DNA of 64,000 nucleotides, from NCBI GenBank assembly GCA_963836755.1, contig CAWIKF010000002.1, positions 1,024,001 to 1,088,000 on the forward strand, given 5' to 3'. Below the pieces are notes generated by a model that saw nothing but the letters and a program-made list of their open reading frames with translations, ran no database searches and had not been told where the DNA came from. Positions 8,805 through 19,558 of this stretch are shown in pieces. Within the stretch, counting starts at the first letter, position 1; the number at the start of each line of letters is the position of its first letter. A program made the translations under genes and the position numbers. The stretch is from an uncultured Verrucomicrobiae bacterium (GTDB taxonomy: Bacteria; Verrucomicrobiota; Verrucomicrobiia; Chthoniobacterales; Chthoniobacteraceae).

Positions 8805-9695
8805 TCAAAAATCGTCGAGCGGATGGTGCAGCAGCGCGATGAATTCCTTTTGCGCGGATGTGCGCGGATGATTGCGCCTGCTCAGGATGCCGAGCGGCCG
8901 CCGCATTTCCGGCTTCGAAATTTCCACCGCGGCGAGCGTGCCGCTTTTAACTTCCTGCAGAATCGTGTTTTCAGGGACAATCGAGACGCCGTTTTCGATT
9001 TCGACCGCGCGCTTGACCGTCTCGATGTTGTCAAACTCGATCGCCTGCACAATCGAAACGCCCTCCGCCCGAAAGTGCTTGTCGAGCACTTTGCGCGTCG
9101 GCAGGTCGGGCTCAAATGCGATGAATTTTTCGCCCTCGAGCTCGCAAAGTTCGATCCGTTTGCGCGCAGCGAGCCGATGGCCCGGATGGCAGATGAGCAC
9201 GAGCCGATCGGTGAGAAATTCCTCGCATTGCACGCCGTGCCGCTTCGATGGATACGAGACGAGGCCGAGGTCGACTTCGCCCGAAAGGACGAGGCCGTAG
9301 ATTTCCCACGAGCGCCGATACTCGATCCGCACCGCGACGTTCGGGTGCAGCGCGCGAAACATTTTCAAATACGGCGGCAGCTCGTGCAGTCCGATGCTGT
9401 AAATGACCGCGATCTTCAAGTCGCCGGCGACAATGTTTTGCAGTTCGTTCAGCCGCGAGGCGAGGTGCTCGTAGATGCCGTTAATCTCGCGCGCTGCCGC
9501 GAGAAACGCGTCGCCTTCCTGCGTCAGCGCGAAGTTGCGCGGGCCGCGTTCGATCAGCTTCACGGCGAACTTTTTTTCGAGCGCCATGATCTGCTGGCTG
9601 ACGGCGCTTTGCGTGATGCGATTTAATTTCGCAGCTTGTGAAAAACTGCCGGTCTCGGCGAGGTCGCAGAAAATTTTAAACGTTTCGATTTGCAC
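8805..9695 (-). CDS. LysR-family transcriptional regulator
   Basis: HTH signature GSFSQAAKLNRITQSAVSQQI. GTG start placed at 9695, divergent from yggS. Confidence 0.93.
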   Translation of the reverse strand: MQIETFKIFCDLAETGSFSQAAKLNRITQSAVSQQIMALEKKFAVKLIERGPRNFALTQEGDAFLAAAREINGIYEHLASRLNELQNIVAGDLKIAVIYSIGLHELPPYLKMFRALHPNVAVRIEYRRSWEIYGLVLSGEVDLGLVSYPSKRHGVQCEEFLTDRLVLICHPGHRLAARKRIELCELEGEKFIAFEPDLPTRKVLDKHFRAEGVSIVQAIEFDNIETVKRAVEIENGVSIVPENTILQEVKSGTLAAVEISKPEMRRPLGILSRRNHPRTSAQKEFIALLHHPLDDF

Positions 9696-9728
9696 GCGGC
9701 GGCGGGAAAATGCGTGATCGTTTCGCGC

Positions 9729-10436
9729 ATGGACATCATTTCGCACCGGCTCGATGAAGTGAATGGAAAAATCGCAAACGCCGCTGCGAAGTCGGGCCGG
9801 CGGGCTGATGAAATCGAACTCGTCGCCGTTTCCAAGACACATCCGCCGGAGGCGATTCACGAGGCGCTCGATGCGGGCCAGACGCTTTTTGGCGAGAGCC
9901 GCGTGCAGGAGGCGCGTGCGAAAATTCCGCTGCTGCCGGGCCGCGCGCGGTGGCATTTCATCGGACATTTGCAGAAAAATAAAATCCGCCACGCGCTCCC
10001 GCTTTTCGAACTTTTTCACGGCATCGATTCGATCGAGCTCGCGCGGGATTTGCAGCGAATCGCGGACGAAGCCGGCGCGCGGCCGCGCATTTTGCTGGAA
10101 GTAAATGTCGCGGGCGAAGCGTCAAAGTTCGGCTTCAAACCGGAGACGCTCCGCACGCAAATCGAGGAGCTGGTCGCACTCGATCGGCTGGAAATCGAAG
10201 GGCTGATGACGATCGCGCCGTTCGCGCCGGAGCCGGAAAATTCGCGTCGATATTTCGCGGCGTTGCGCGAGCTGCGCGATGATTTGAAAGTCCAGATCGC
10301 GCTGCCGCAGCTCTCGATGGGAATGAGCGGCGACTACGCGGTTGCCGTCGAGGAAGGCGCGACGCTTGTGCGCGTGGGCACGGCGATTTTTGGCAAGCGC
10401 AGCGGGAAAAATTTTCGCGCAGCCGATGCGCCTTGA
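9729..10436 (+). CDS. yggS: YggS-family PLP homeostasis protein
   Basis: LVAVSKT, FGESRVQE, WHFIGHLQKNK, LSMGMSGD and VRVGTAIFG motifs. Confidence 0.96.
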   Translation: MDIISHRLDEVNGKIANAAAKSGRRADEIELVAVSKTHPPEAIHEALDAGQTLFGESRVQEARAKIPLLPGRARWHFIGHLQKNKIRHALPLFELFHGIDSIELARDLQRIADEAGARPRILLEVNVAGEASKFGFKPETLRTQIEELVALDRLEIEGLMTIAPFAPEPENSRRYFAALRELRDDLKVQIALPQLSMGMSGDYAVAVEEGATLVRVGTAIFGKRSGKNFRAADAP

Positions 10437-10472
10437 ATTGCCGCGTTCGCTTTTTTCTGATAGCGCAACTGC

Positions 10473-11411
10473 ATGAACTTTTCTCACGTGACGCGGCGCG
10501 AGGCAGTTCGGCGGATGCTGCTTTTCAGCGCGGGGCTCGCGACTCCGGGAATGTTTGCGCGCGCGGCGGAGAAAAGTGGGGACGGCGCGCTGCATCTTTT
10601 TTTCATCGGCGACTGGGGCACCGGCGATGCGAGTCAAAAGTCGGTCGCGGCCGCGATGCAAACTTACGCGCGGGCGAGCGGTGTCACGCCGCATGCGCTA
10701 TTCATGCTCGGCGACAATTTTTATGGCGCGCTGAGCGGGCCGGATTCGCCGCGCTGGAAAAACGAATTTGAGGAAATGTATCCCGCGTCCGTTTTTCCCG
10801 GCGCGTGTCACGCGCTGCTCGGCAATCACGATTACGATGACCAGCCCGGTGGCGAGCTTTTCCAACTCGCGTATGCGCGCAAGGCCGGCACGCGCTGGCG
10901 GATGCCCGCGCGATGGTATCGGCTCGATTTGCCGGAGGAAAAACCGGTCGCGACTTTTCTCTGCACCGACACGCATTTTGCGAAGCTCAGCCGCAAGGAA
11001 ATCGCGGCGCAGGCGGCGTGGTTGAAGGCTGAGTTTGCGCGGGCGCGCACGACGCCGTGGATCTTTGTTTGCGGCCATCATCCGGTTTACAGCGTCGGCA
11101 CGGAGCACGGAAACACGCCGGAGCTCAGTCCCTGGCGCGAACTTTTTCCGCGCGAAAAAGTTGCCGCTTATATTTGCGGCCACGAGCACGATCTCCAGCA
11201 TTTGCGGAACAGCGACGACTCAACCGATTGGTTCATCTCGGGCGCGGGCGGTCGCGCGTTGTATCCGGTCAAAGCCGGCACGCACGCGAGCTTCGCGCAA
11301 TCGGCTTTCGGTTTTCTCCACATGGCGGTCGGCGCACGGAGTTTCGAGGCGAAATTCATCGGGCAAAACGCGGACGCACTTTACCAGTATGAGCGCAAGG
11401 CTGTCGCGTAG
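10473..11411 (+). CDS. Tat-exported metallophosphoesterase (purple/tartrate-resistant acid phosphatase-like)
   Basis: GDWG, GDNFY, GNHDY, GHHP and GHEH metal ligands; TRR Tat-like signal. Confidence 0.9.
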   Translation: MNFSHVTRREAVRRMLLFSAGLATPGMFARAAEKSGDGALHLFFIGDWGTGDASQKSVAAAMQTYARASGVTPHALFMLGDNFYGALSGPDSPRWKNEFEEMYPASVFPGACHALLGNHDYDDQPGGELFQLAYARKAGTRWRMPARWYRLDLPEEKPVATFLCTDTHFAKLSRKEIAAQAAWLKAEFARARTTPWIFVCGHHPVYSVGTEHGNTPELSPWRELFPREKVAAYICGHEHDLQHLRNSDDSTDWFISGAGGRALYPVKAGTHASFAQSAFGFLHMAVGARSFEAKFIGQNADALYQYERKAVA

Positions 11412-11460
11412 TGCGCGGAAAAACCGCGCGTCACGGGCGCGGGCTGCGTTATAATTTCCA

Positions 11461-13080
11461 ATGGATGCTGAAATGCCGGCGACAACGGATTCGTATCTCG
11501 ACGAACACACCGTCCGCTCGTGGCTTTTGACGACGGATCACAAGCGGATCGGCATCCTGTATTTGCTGACGATTCTCGTCTTTTTTTTCATCGCGAGCGT
11601 GGCCGCGGCGATCATGCGGCTCGAACTGCTGACGCCGCAGGGCGACCTCGTCACGAGCGAGACTTACAACAAACTTTTCACGCTGCACGGGACGCTGATG
11701 GTCTGGTTTTTTTTGATTCCGGCAGTGCCAAATGTGCTCGGAAATTTCGTGCTGCCGATGATGCTCGGCGCGCGCGACGTCGCATTCCCGCGACTCAATT
11801 TACTGAGCTGGTATATTTTCCTCGGCGGCGGTTCGCTGGCGCTCTGGTCGCTGATTCATGGTGGCGTCGACACCGGCTGGACTTTCTACACGCCTTACAG
11901 CTCGACCTATGCGAACTCGCACGTGATCTCGATGGCGGCGGGGATTTTCATCTCGGGATTCGCATCGATTTTGACCGGACTGAATTTCATCGTGACCATC
12001 CACAAGATGCGTGCGCCGGGTTTGACGTGGTTTAAACTTCCGCTGTTTGTCTGGTCGCTCTACGCAACGAGCCTCATCATGGTCCTCGCGACGCCGGTGC
12101 TCGCGATCACGCTCGCGCTGATGTGCGTGGAACGGGTCTGGGGCGTCGGCATTTTCGACCCGAAAATCGGCGGCGATCCGATTTTATTCCAGCATCTGTT
12201 TTGGTTTTATTCGCACCCGGCGGTTTACATCATGATCCTGCCGGGAATGGGCATCATCAGCGAAGTCATCACCTGCTTCGCGCGCAAAAAAGTTTTCGGC
12301 TACGGCTTCATCGCGGCTGCGAGCATGGCAATCGCAATCCTCGGGTTTTTGGTCTGGGGCCATCACATGTTTGTAAGCAGCCAATCGATTTATGCCGGCA
12401 TGGTCTTTTCGATTTTGAGCTACCTCGTCTCGATCCCGTCCGCGATCAAAGTCTTCAACTGGACGGCGACTTTATATAAAGGCTCGATCACTTTCGGAAC
12501 GCCGATGTTATACGCGCTCGGCTTCATCGGGCTGTTCACGATCGGCGGGCTGACCGGACTTTTCCTCGCGGCGCTCGGCATCGATGTGCATGTGACTGAC
12601 ACCTATTTTGTGGTCGCGCATTTTCATTACATCATGGTCGGCGGAATGGTGATGGCGTTCATGGGCGGGCTGCACTTTTGGTGGCCGAAAATCACCGGCC
12701 GCATGTATCCGGAGTTTGCAGGGAAGCTCTCGGCGATGATCACGTTCATCGGATTCAACCTGACTTTCTTTCCACAGTTCATTCTCGGCTATCTCGGAAT
12801 GCCGCGGCGCTATCACGCGTATCCGCCGGAGTTTCAATTTTTTCACATCATCTCGACGGCCGGCGCATCGATCCTCGGCGTCGGCTATCTGCTGCCGTTC
12901 TGTTATTTTTGGTGGTCCTTAAAATGGGGACGTCGCGCGAGCGGCAATCCGTGGAAGGCCACGGGCCTCGAATGGCAGACGCCATCGCCGCCGCCGAAGC
13001 ATAATTTTGCCGAAACGCCGGTCGTGACGAGCGGGCCGTATAATTACGACCCGAACGAGGAAACGTTGATGCCAGCTTGA
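11461..13080 (+). CDS. ctaD: Cytochrome c oxidase subunit I, A2 type
   Basis: Haem/Cu ligands in LHG, YSHPAVY (A2 YS motif), WGHH and HFHY. Confidence 0.96.
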   Translation: MDAEMPATTDSYLDEHTVRSWLLTTDHKRIGILYLLTILVFFFIASVAAAIMRLELLTPQGDLVTSETYNKLFTLHGTLMVWFFLIPAVPNVLGNFVLPMMLGARDVAFPRLNLLSWYIFLGGGSLALWSLIHGGVDTGWTFYTPYSSTYANSHVISMAAGIFISGFASILTGLNFIVTIHKMRAPGLTWFKLPLFVWSLYATSLIMVLATPVLAITLALMCVERVWGVGIFDPKIGGDPILFQHLFWFYSHPAVYIMILPGMGIISEVITCFARKKVFGYGFIAAASMAIAILGFLVWGHHMFVSSQSIYAGMVFSILSYLVSIPSAIKVFNWTATLYKGSITFGTPMLYALGFIGLFTIGGLTGLFLAALGIDVHVTDTYFVVAHFHYIMVGGMVMAFMGGLHFWWPKITGRMYPEFAGKLSAMITFIGFNLTFFPQFILGYLGMPRRYHAYPPEFQFFHIISTAGASILGVGYLLPFCYFWWSLKWGRRASGNPWKATGLEWQTPSPPPKHNFAETPVVTSGPYNYDPNEETLMPA

Positions 13081-13083
13081 TTT

Positions 13084-13731
13084 ATGGAGCGTGCCGAAGC
13101 TCTCGCAGAGCAGTTTAACGACATCGAGCAGCAGCATTCCGCTGACCTGCTGGGCATGTGGATTTTTCTCGCGACGGAAGTGATGTTCTTCGGCGGGTTG
13201 CTGCTCGGCTACATCGTCTACCGATATTCTTTTCCGACAATTTTCGAGCACGCGAGCCATCATCTCGACGTGCTCGCGGGCACTGCCGACACGGCGATTT
13301 TGCTCACGAGCAGCCTCACGATGGCGCTCGGCGTGCGCGCGCTGCGAGTGGGCCAGCGTCAGTTGACAGTCGCGCTGCTGCTCGCGACCGCCGCGCTCGG
13401 CGTCGCATTTCTGGTGCTGCACGGATTCGAATATCACAACGAATGGAAGGAGCATCTCGTTCCCGGCCCGCGTTTCAACATGCACGGCGCCGACCCGCAA
13501 AAGGCGCAAATGTTTTTCTGGCTCTACTTTGCCACCACTGGGCTGCACAGCCTTCACGTCATCATCGGCGTGCTGCTGATGCTCACGCTGACCGTTCTGG
13601 TTTGTTTAAAAAAAGTCGACGCGGAGCGATTCATGGCCGTCGAGATCGGCGGGCTTTACTGGCACTTTGTCGACATCGTCTGGGTCTTTCTTTTCCCGCT
13701 CTATTATCTCGCCGGAACCGCGACGAAATGA
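13084..13731 (+). CDS. ctaE: Cytochrome c oxidase subunit III
   Basis: GMWIFLATEVMFF, TGLHSLHV and YWHFVDIVW motifs. Confidence 0.93.
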   Translation: MERAEALAEQFNDIEQQHSADLLGMWIFLATEVMFFGGLLLGYIVYRYSFPTIFEHASHHLDVLAGTADTAILLTSSLTMALGVRALRVGQRQLTVALLLATAALGVAFLVLHGFEYHNEWKEHLVPGPRFNMHGADPQKAQMFFWLYFATTGLHSLHVIIGVLLMLTLTVLVCLKKVDAERFMAVEIGGLYWHFVDIVWVFLFPLYYLAGTATK

Positions 13732-14027
13732 CGACCGCGATCCTTCCCACGCGCATTTATTTGAAGACGTTCGGCGCGCTGCTCGCGCTGCTGCTGCTCA
13801 CCGTCGGCGCGGCATGCGTGAACCTTGGCCCGCTGAATCTTGGCATCGCTCTCGCCATTTCCATCGCGAAAACATTGTTGATCGTTTTGTTTTTCATGCA
13901 CATGCGCGGCGGCGGTAAATTGCTGCATCTCGCGGCGTTTGCGGGCGTGCTTTGGTTTGGCATCATGATCGCGCTGACGCTTTGCGATTATACATCGCGA
14001 AGCTGGGTGCCGCTGACGCATCGCTGA
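13728..14027 (+). CDS. Cytochrome c oxidase subunit IV (caa3-type small subunit)
   Basis: ATGA overlap with subunit III; three TMs with AKTLLIVLFFMH. Confidence 0.88.
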   Translation: MTTAILPTRIYLKTFGALLALLLLTVGAACVNLGPLNLGIALAISIAKTLLIVLFFMHMRGGGKLLHLAAFAGVLWFGIMIALTLCDYTSRSWVPLTHR

Positions 14028-14097
14028 GCGCGGCGCGCCCATCCGAGCCGCGGCGCGCGCACGAAATGCTGCTGCCGTCCTGAGTTTTCGCAGCATT

Positions 14098-14979
14098 ATG
14101 AAACCCACTACCATTGCTCAATTCTTCGCGCGTCAAAGTTGGCTCGAGCCGCTCGAGCACGCGCTCTCCGCAGTCGCCTCAGTCACGTTGAAACCGGCCG
14201 GGCAGAGCGTCCGAAATTTCCTGCACGGCACATGGTTTGGCCATCCGCTCCACCCGGCGCTGATCGATGTGCCGCTCGGCGCGTGGAGCGTGACGACGCT
14301 GCTCGATCTTTATGAATGGAGCAGCGATGACACTTCGCTCGCGCGCGGCGCGGACGCGGCGCTCGGCATCGGCCTCGTCGCCAGCCTCGGCGCGGCCGCA
14401 AGCGGATTGAACGACTGGAAGGATACCGACAAGCCCGCGCGCCGCATCGGCGCATTGCATGGCATGCTCAATCTCACCGCGATGGGACTTTATTTCACTT
14501 CCTGGTTGAAACGCAAAAGCGTCGACTGCGATGACCGCGACACCGCGCTTGGCCTTAGCTTCGGCGCGTGGCTGCTCGCGATGTGCGCCGCATATCTCGG
14601 CGGCCATCTTGTTTACGGCGAGCGCATCGGCGTCGATCACGGCGAGCGCGAACCGGTGGCAAATTTCACGCCAGTCATGCCGGAAAAAGATCTCGGTGAG
14701 AACGAACCGCGCCGCGTGCGGGCAAATGGCGTCGACATTTTAATCGTGCGCCGCCTCGGCAAAATCTTCGCAATCGGCGAAAAGTGCGCACATCTCGGCG
14801 GCCCGCTTTCTGAGGGAAAATTTGAGCGCGACACCGTCACCTGTCCGTGGCACGGCTCGCAATTTTCATTGGCCAACGGAGCGGTGCTCAATGGCCCGGC
14901 GGTCTTTGGCCAGCCTTGTTTTGAAACGCGCGTGCATGAGGGAAATATCGAGGTCCGCTCGCGAAAAACAGAAGCCTGA
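14098..14979 (+). CDS. DUF2231-like membrane domain fused to a Rieske [2Fe-2S] domain
   Basis: GHPLHPAL, HGMLN and GGHLVY membrane domain; CAHLGG...CPWHGS Rieske motif. Confidence 0.88.
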   Translation: MKPTTIAQFFARQSWLEPLEHALSAVASVTLKPAGQSVRNFLHGTWFGHPLHPALIDVPLGAWSVTTLLDLYEWSSDDTSLARGADAALGIGLVASLGAAASGLNDWKDTDKPARRIGALHGMLNLTAMGLYFTSWLKRKSVDCDDRDTALGLSFGAWLLAMCAAYLGGHLVYGERIGVDHGEREPVANFTPVMPEKDLGENEPRRVRANGVDILIVRRLGKIFAIGEKCAHLGGPLSEGKFERDTVTCPWHGSQFSLANGAVLNGPAVFGQPCFETRVHEGNIEVRSRKTEA

Positions 14980-15029
14980 GGCTTGCCTCGGACGTCAGCC
15001 CGGCAGATGCTTCCTCGCAAAGGAGAGAC

Positions 15030-15224
15030 ATGAAAAGCGTAACTTTGAAACTGCCGCAAATCGCCCTGATCGCCGGCACGCGCGCGCTGCTTGGCGCAGG
15101 CATCGCTTTGCTGCTCGCGGATAAATTGGAGAAGGACGAACGCCGCATCGTCGGCTTCATCCTCACAGGCATCGGCGTTCTCAGCACCATCCCGCTCGCC
15201 GCAGAGATTTTTGACGAGCTTTAA
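15030..15224 (+). CDS. Small two-TM hypothetical protein
   Basis: Strong RBS aaggagag; two hydrophobic helices. Confidence 0.7.
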   Translation: MKSVTLKLPQIALIAGTRALLGAGIALLLADKLEKDERRIVGFILTGIGVLSTIPLAAEIFDEL

Positions 15225-15268
15225 CGCCTCATTGACCGGCGGCGGCGCGGAATTTAAGCTGCCTGACG

Positions 15269-15589
15269 ATGCGTCTTGCCCCGGCAAACATCCAGGTCAT
15301 CGGCGACGAGCTTGCGGTCGCGTGGAATGATGGGACCGAAAGTTTTTTAAAACTTGAAAACATCCGCCGCGCCTGTCCCTGCGCCGGTTGCAGCGGAGAG
15401 CCGGATGTGCTCGGGCACGTGGCCGCGCCGGAGTTGTCGCACACGCCCGGCAGTTTTCGCCTGCGCAGTTTTCAATTTGTCGGCGGCTACGCGTGGCAGC
15501 CGACGTGGGAGGATGGGCACGCGACGGGGCTTTACGCGTTTCCGTATTTGCAGCGGCTCGCCGCAGAGACACTTGAGGAAAAGCGATGA
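15269..15589 (+). CDS. DUF971 (GBBH-like N-terminal) domain protein
   Basis: W-x-DG, RRACPCAGC, VGGYA and WEDGHATGLY motifs. Confidence 0.85.
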   Translation: MRLAPANIQVIGDELAVAWNDGTESFLKLENIRRACPCAGCSGEPDVLGHVAAPELSHTPGSFRLRSFQFVGGYAWQPTWEDGHATGLYAFPYLQRLAAETLEEKR

Positions 15590-16047
15590 AGCAGCGCGGC
15601 AAAGTTTTCCTCATGGTCTTTTGTTTCGCCGTGTGCGCGACGGCCGCCGTGCTGAATCATCGCTGGCAAACGCCCGCCGATCGCGTGCGGCCGGCGGAAC
15701 TTTACTCGATCGTCAACAGCCAGCTCGCCGCATTTCGCGAAGCCGATTTTGTGCGCGCGTATGACGCGGCATCGAGCGGTATCCAACAAAAGTTTAACGT
15801 CCGTCAATTCACTGAGATGATTCAGGCGGACTACGCGAGGATGGTTCGCGCGGATCGGGTCGAGTTTGGCTTCGTTGAAACCGAAGGCCGGCGCGCGATC
15901 ATCCAGGTTTTTTTCATCGATAAAATCGGGCAGGTGACCCCGTGCCTTTACACGTTGGTGAACGAAGGCGAGACGTGGAAAATCGACGGCGCGCGCCTGC
16001 TGCGCCGCTGGCCAGCCGAGGCGCGGCTCGGCGGAATCTGGAGCTGA
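15586..16047 (+). CDS. DUF4864-like exported protein
   Basis: QLAAFREADFVRAY.AS..IQQKF pattern and WKIDG end. Confidence 0.75.
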   Translation: MKQRGKVFLMVFCFAVCATAAVLNHRWQTPADRVRPAELYSIVNSQLAAFREADFVRAYDAASSGIQQKFNVRQFTEMIQADYARMVRADRVEFGFVETEGRRAIIQVFFIDKIGQVTPCLYTLVNEGETWKIDGARLLRRWPAEARLGGIWS

Positions 16048-16050
16048 TTT

Positions 16051-16995
16051 CTAGAGCGGCAGCGTTGTGCGCAAAACGCTTGCGGAGCCGCTCTGCGCCT
16101 TGATTGCACGGATTTCCAGTGAAGCGGGAACGAGGAAAAAGTCCCCGGCATTGAATCCGGCTCCCGCGCATTCCACGCTGCCTTCGAGCACCGTGAAAAG
16201 TGCGCACTCTCCTTGCGGCGCCGCTTCCCGCGGAGTGGCGAGTTCCCAGCGCTCGATGCGGAAATATTCGCACTCGACGAGGATATCCGCGGCGGGCCGT
16301 TGCAGCGTCGGCGCGACGTCGTCAAAGTCGATCGATTGCAGCGATTGTTCGATGTGCAACTCGCGCGCTTTTCCATCGAGGCCGACGCGATTCCAATCGA
16401 ACACGCGGTAAGTCGTGTCGCTGTTTTGCTGCACCTCGACGATCACGTTTCCGGCGCCGATCGCGTGCACGCGGCCGCTCGGGATGAACATCGTGTCGCC
16501 GGCCTGCACAGGCACGCGATGGATTTTTTTCTCGACCGTGCCGTCCTGCAGCGCCTCGGCAAAACTTTCACGCGTCACGCCCGGCTCAAGTCCGGCGAAG
16601 ATGTCGCCGTCGCCGTGATTTTCCACGATGAACCACATCTCGGTTTTCGGTTCGCCGTTCAATTCCGGCGCGATTTTTGCCGGCGGATGCACCTGCACCG
16701 AAAGACGCTCCTGCGCGTCGAGCAGCTTGAATAAAAGCGGGAAACGCGGCGTGACCGGCGCGCTCGCGCCGAAAACCGGCTGGCGGTAATCGGTCCAAAG
16801 TTCGTGCAAAGTTTTACCGCGCAGCGGGCCGCTGTGAACCACGCTTTGCGCTTCCTCCCGGTCCACGATCTCCCACGATTCGCCGATGCGCGCGGTCGGC
16901 GGCAACTTTTTGCCGAAGAGCGTTTCGAGCCGGCGCCCGCCCCAGACGCGCTCCATGAAAAGCGGTTCAAAAATGATCGGCTCGGTGATTTTCAT
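16051..16995 (-). CDS. manA: Type I phosphomannose isomerase (cupin)
   Basis: RVWGG, IGESWE, LSVQVHP, KTEMW and EVQQNSDTTYR motifs. Start placed at MKITEP. Confidence 0.92.
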   Translation of the reverse strand: MKITEPIIFEPLFMERVWGGRRLETLFGKKLPPTARIGESWEIVDREEAQSVVHSGPLRGKTLHELWTDYRQPVFGASAPVTPRFPLLFKLLDAQERLSVQVHPPAKIAPELNGEPKTEMWFIVENHGDGDIFAGLEPGVTRESFAEALQDGTVEKKIHRVPVQAGDTMFIPSGRVHAIGAGNVIVEVQQNSDTTYRVFDWNRVGLDGKARELHIEQSLQSIDFDDVAPTLQRPAADILVECEYFRIERWELATPREAAPQGECALFTVLEGSVECAGAGFNAGDFFLVPASLEIRAIKAQSGSASVLRTTLPL

Positions 16996-17139
16996 AAGGT
17001 TGGTTCGCGCGCGACGCGGGACGCGACTGGATGAAGCGTTTTTCCCTCGTTCGCTGTGGTGGTGCAAAATACTTCGGGCGCAAAGTCTGGCGCAATCTTC
17101 AATTGAAAGCGGAACAGTTGAGCTTAGTATGGGCCGCTA

Positions 17140-19545
17140 ATGCCACGCAGGGAGGAAAATCACACGCTGAGCGAAGTCATCGGTCTGCTTTTGCTCATGC
17201 TCGGCACCGGGCTGTTCCTCGCGTTGATTTCCTACAAGCCGAAGGACGTGCCGGAATGGGTGCCGATCATTTCGCACAGCGCGCCTGCGAATCATCCGGC
17301 GCAAAATTTCATCGGGCCGCTCGGTGCGATCGTCGCGGGCCTCTCCTATTTTTTATTCGGCGCGGCGTCGTTTTTGATCGCAGCTGTCATGCTCGGCTAC
17401 GGCGGCGCGAAGCTGCTCGTGCCGGACGTGCGCGTGACGGCGCGCTCGGTCTGGGTGATCGCGTTCGTCATTTCCGGCGCATGTCTCGTGGAGCTGCAGC
17501 CGCTTTTTTTAAATGACTGGACGGCGCTGATGAAAATTCCCGGCAAGGGCGGCTGGATCGGCCATTGGCTCGGCGTCAAACTTTTCTTCAACTCGCTCGG
17601 CCCCGTGGGCTCGCGCACTTTGCTGGCGTGCATTTATCTGACGAGCCTCGTGCTGATGACTGGCGTGCGGCCGATTCGTCTGCTGCGGCAGATCATCGCT
17701 GCGCCCGGCATTTGGCTCGAAAAACATCGGCAGTGGAAAATGGCGCGCGCGACTGAGCACGGCCGTCTTGCGATGCAGGAGCAGAAAATCAAACGCGAGC
17801 AACAGCGGATCGAAAAGCAGTTGCGCAAAAAGAAATTCGACGCGCCGGCCGAGCCCGAAATGGACCTTGACGACGCTGCCGCTGCCCGCCCGCTGCCGCA
17901 GATCATCGACACCGCGATCGCCACGCCGAAGTCGGCCAATGAAAAGGCGAAGCTCGTCCCGCGCGAGCCGATCAGCTACGAAAATTATTCGCTGCCGGAG
18001 CTCGATTTGCTCGAAGCGCCGGACATGGAAAATCGGCTCGCCGCGGACCCGAACGAATTGAAGGACGTGCAGGCGACGCTCATCGAGACGCTCGCGCAAT
18101 TCGGCATCAGCGTCGCGCCCGGCGACATCACGCGCGGACCGACGATCACGCGCTACGAGGTTTACCCGGCGAAAGGCGTGCGTGTGGATAAAATCGTGGC
18201 GCTCGAGCGCGACCTCGCCCGCGCCACGCGCGCCGAGCGGATCAACATCCTCGCGCCGATTCCCGGCAAGGACACCGTCGGCATCGAGATTGCGAACTCG
18301 AGCAAGATGAAAGTCACGCTGCGCGAGCTGCTCGAATCCGACGATTGGAGCAACACGAAAGCGAAAATCCCGCTCGCGCTCGGCAAGGATGTTTACGGAA
18401 AAACGATCATCGCAGACCTCGCGGTCATGCCGCATTGCCTCGTCGCCGGCACGACCGGCTCGGGCAAAAGTGTCTGCATCAACTCGATCATCGCGAGCAT
18501 GCTTTACCGCTTCACGCCGGACGAAATGCGTTTCGTAATGATCGACCCGAAAGTCGTGGAAATGCAGGTGTATAACACTTTGCCGCACCTTGTTGTCCCG
18601 GTCGTGACCGATCCGAAAAAGGTGCTGCTGGCGCTGCGCTGGGTCATCGACGAGATGGAGAAACGCTACAAAATTTTCGCGAAGACAAACGTGCGCAACA
18701 TCACGAGCTTCAACGCGCGCCCGAAACCGAAATCGCAAAAGGAGCTCGACGCCGAGGCCGATGCGAAAGCTGAAAAACTTTCTGCCGATGAAATGGACGA
18801 GCCCGCCGCGGAAGGTTCCGTCGAGGAATATCTCCAGAGCGTCACGAACATCCGCGTGCCGCGCGAGGATGACATCATTGTTCCCGATCACATGAGCTAC
18901 ATCGTGGTCATCATCGACGAGCTCGCGGACTTGATGCAGACCGCGCCCGCCGATGTCGAGAGCGCGATCGCCCGCATCACGCAGATGGCGCGCGCGGCCG
19001 GCATTCACATGATCGTCGCAACGCAAACGCCGCGCGCGGATGTCGTCACGGGCGTCATCAAGGCGAACATCCCGAGCCGCATCGCCTTCCAGGTGGCGTC
19101 AAAACTCGATTCGCGCGTGATCCTCGATGAAAACGGCGCGGACCGGCTGCTCGGCCAGGGCGACATGCTTTACCTGCCGCCCGGCACTTCGCGCATGACT
19201 CGGGCGCAGGGCGTGCTCGTGACCGACGAGGAAATCCGCCGACTCGTCGAGTTTGTCTCGGCACAAAGCGCGCCCGCCTTTGAAACGGACATCCACGAAA
19301 AACTGCAGTCGAGCGGGAAGATCGAGGAAGACGTCAGCGAGGAAGATGAAGAGCTCGTGCAAAAATGCATCGAGATCATGCGGCAGGAAAAAAAGGCGAG
19401 CACGTCGCTTTTCCAGCGCCGTCTGCGGCTCGGATACACGCGCGCCGCGCGCGTCGTCGATATTCTCGAGCAGCGCGGATATGTCGCCCCGGGCGATGGC
19501 GCGAAGCCGCGCGAAATCCTCGTCGATCTCGACGCGCTTGTTTAA
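17140..19545 (+). CDS. ftsK: DNA translocase FtsK
   Basis: N-terminal 4TM, GTTGSGKS, IDPKVVE, IIDELADLM and gamma domain LRLGYTRAAR. Confidence 0.97.
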   Translation: MPRREENHTLSEVIGLLLLMLGTGLFLALISYKPKDVPEWVPIISHSAPANHPAQNFIGPLGAIVAGLSYFLFGAASFLIAAVMLGYGGAKLLVPDVRVTARSVWVIAFVISGACLVELQPLFLNDWTALMKIPGKGGWIGHWLGVKLFFNSLGPVGSRTLLACIYLTSLVLMTGVRPIRLLRQIIAAPGIWLEKHRQWKMARATEHGRLAMQEQKIKREQQRIEKQLRKKKFDAPAEPEMDLDDAAAARPLPQIIDTAIATPKSANEKAKLVPREPISYENYSLPELDLLEAPDMENRLAADPNELKDVQATLIETLAQFGISVAPGDITRGPTITRYEVYPAKGVRVDKIVALERDLARATRAERINILAPIPGKDTVGIEIANSSKMKVTLRELLESDDWSNTKAKIPLALGKDVYGKTIIADLAVMPHCLVAGTTGSGKSVCINSIIASMLYRFTPDEMRFVMIDPKVVEMQVYNTLPHLVVPVVTDPKKVLLALRWVIDEMEKRYKIFAKTNVRNITSFNARPKPKSQKELDAEADAKAEKLSADEMDEPAAEGSVEEYLQSVTNIRVPREDDIIVPDHMSYIVVIIDELADLMQTAPADVESAIARITQMARAAGIHMIVATQTPRADVVTGVIKANIPSRIAFQVASKLDSRVILDENGADRLLGQGDMLYLPPGTSRMTRAQGVLVTDEEIRRLVEFVSAQSAPAFETDIHEKLQSSGKIEEDVSEEDEELVQKCIEIMRQEKKASTSLFQRRLRLGYTRAARVVDILEQRGYVAPGDGAKPREILVDLDALV

Positions 19546-19558
19546 CGATTTGTAAAAA

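Noticed and set aside
17509..19026. Long antisense ORFs (this 505-aa one, also 14..1033, 5351..6331, 43500..44585, 51524..52651)
   Set aside because: They are shadow ORFs opposite well-supported genes, expected in GC-rich DNA, and carry no motifs of their own.
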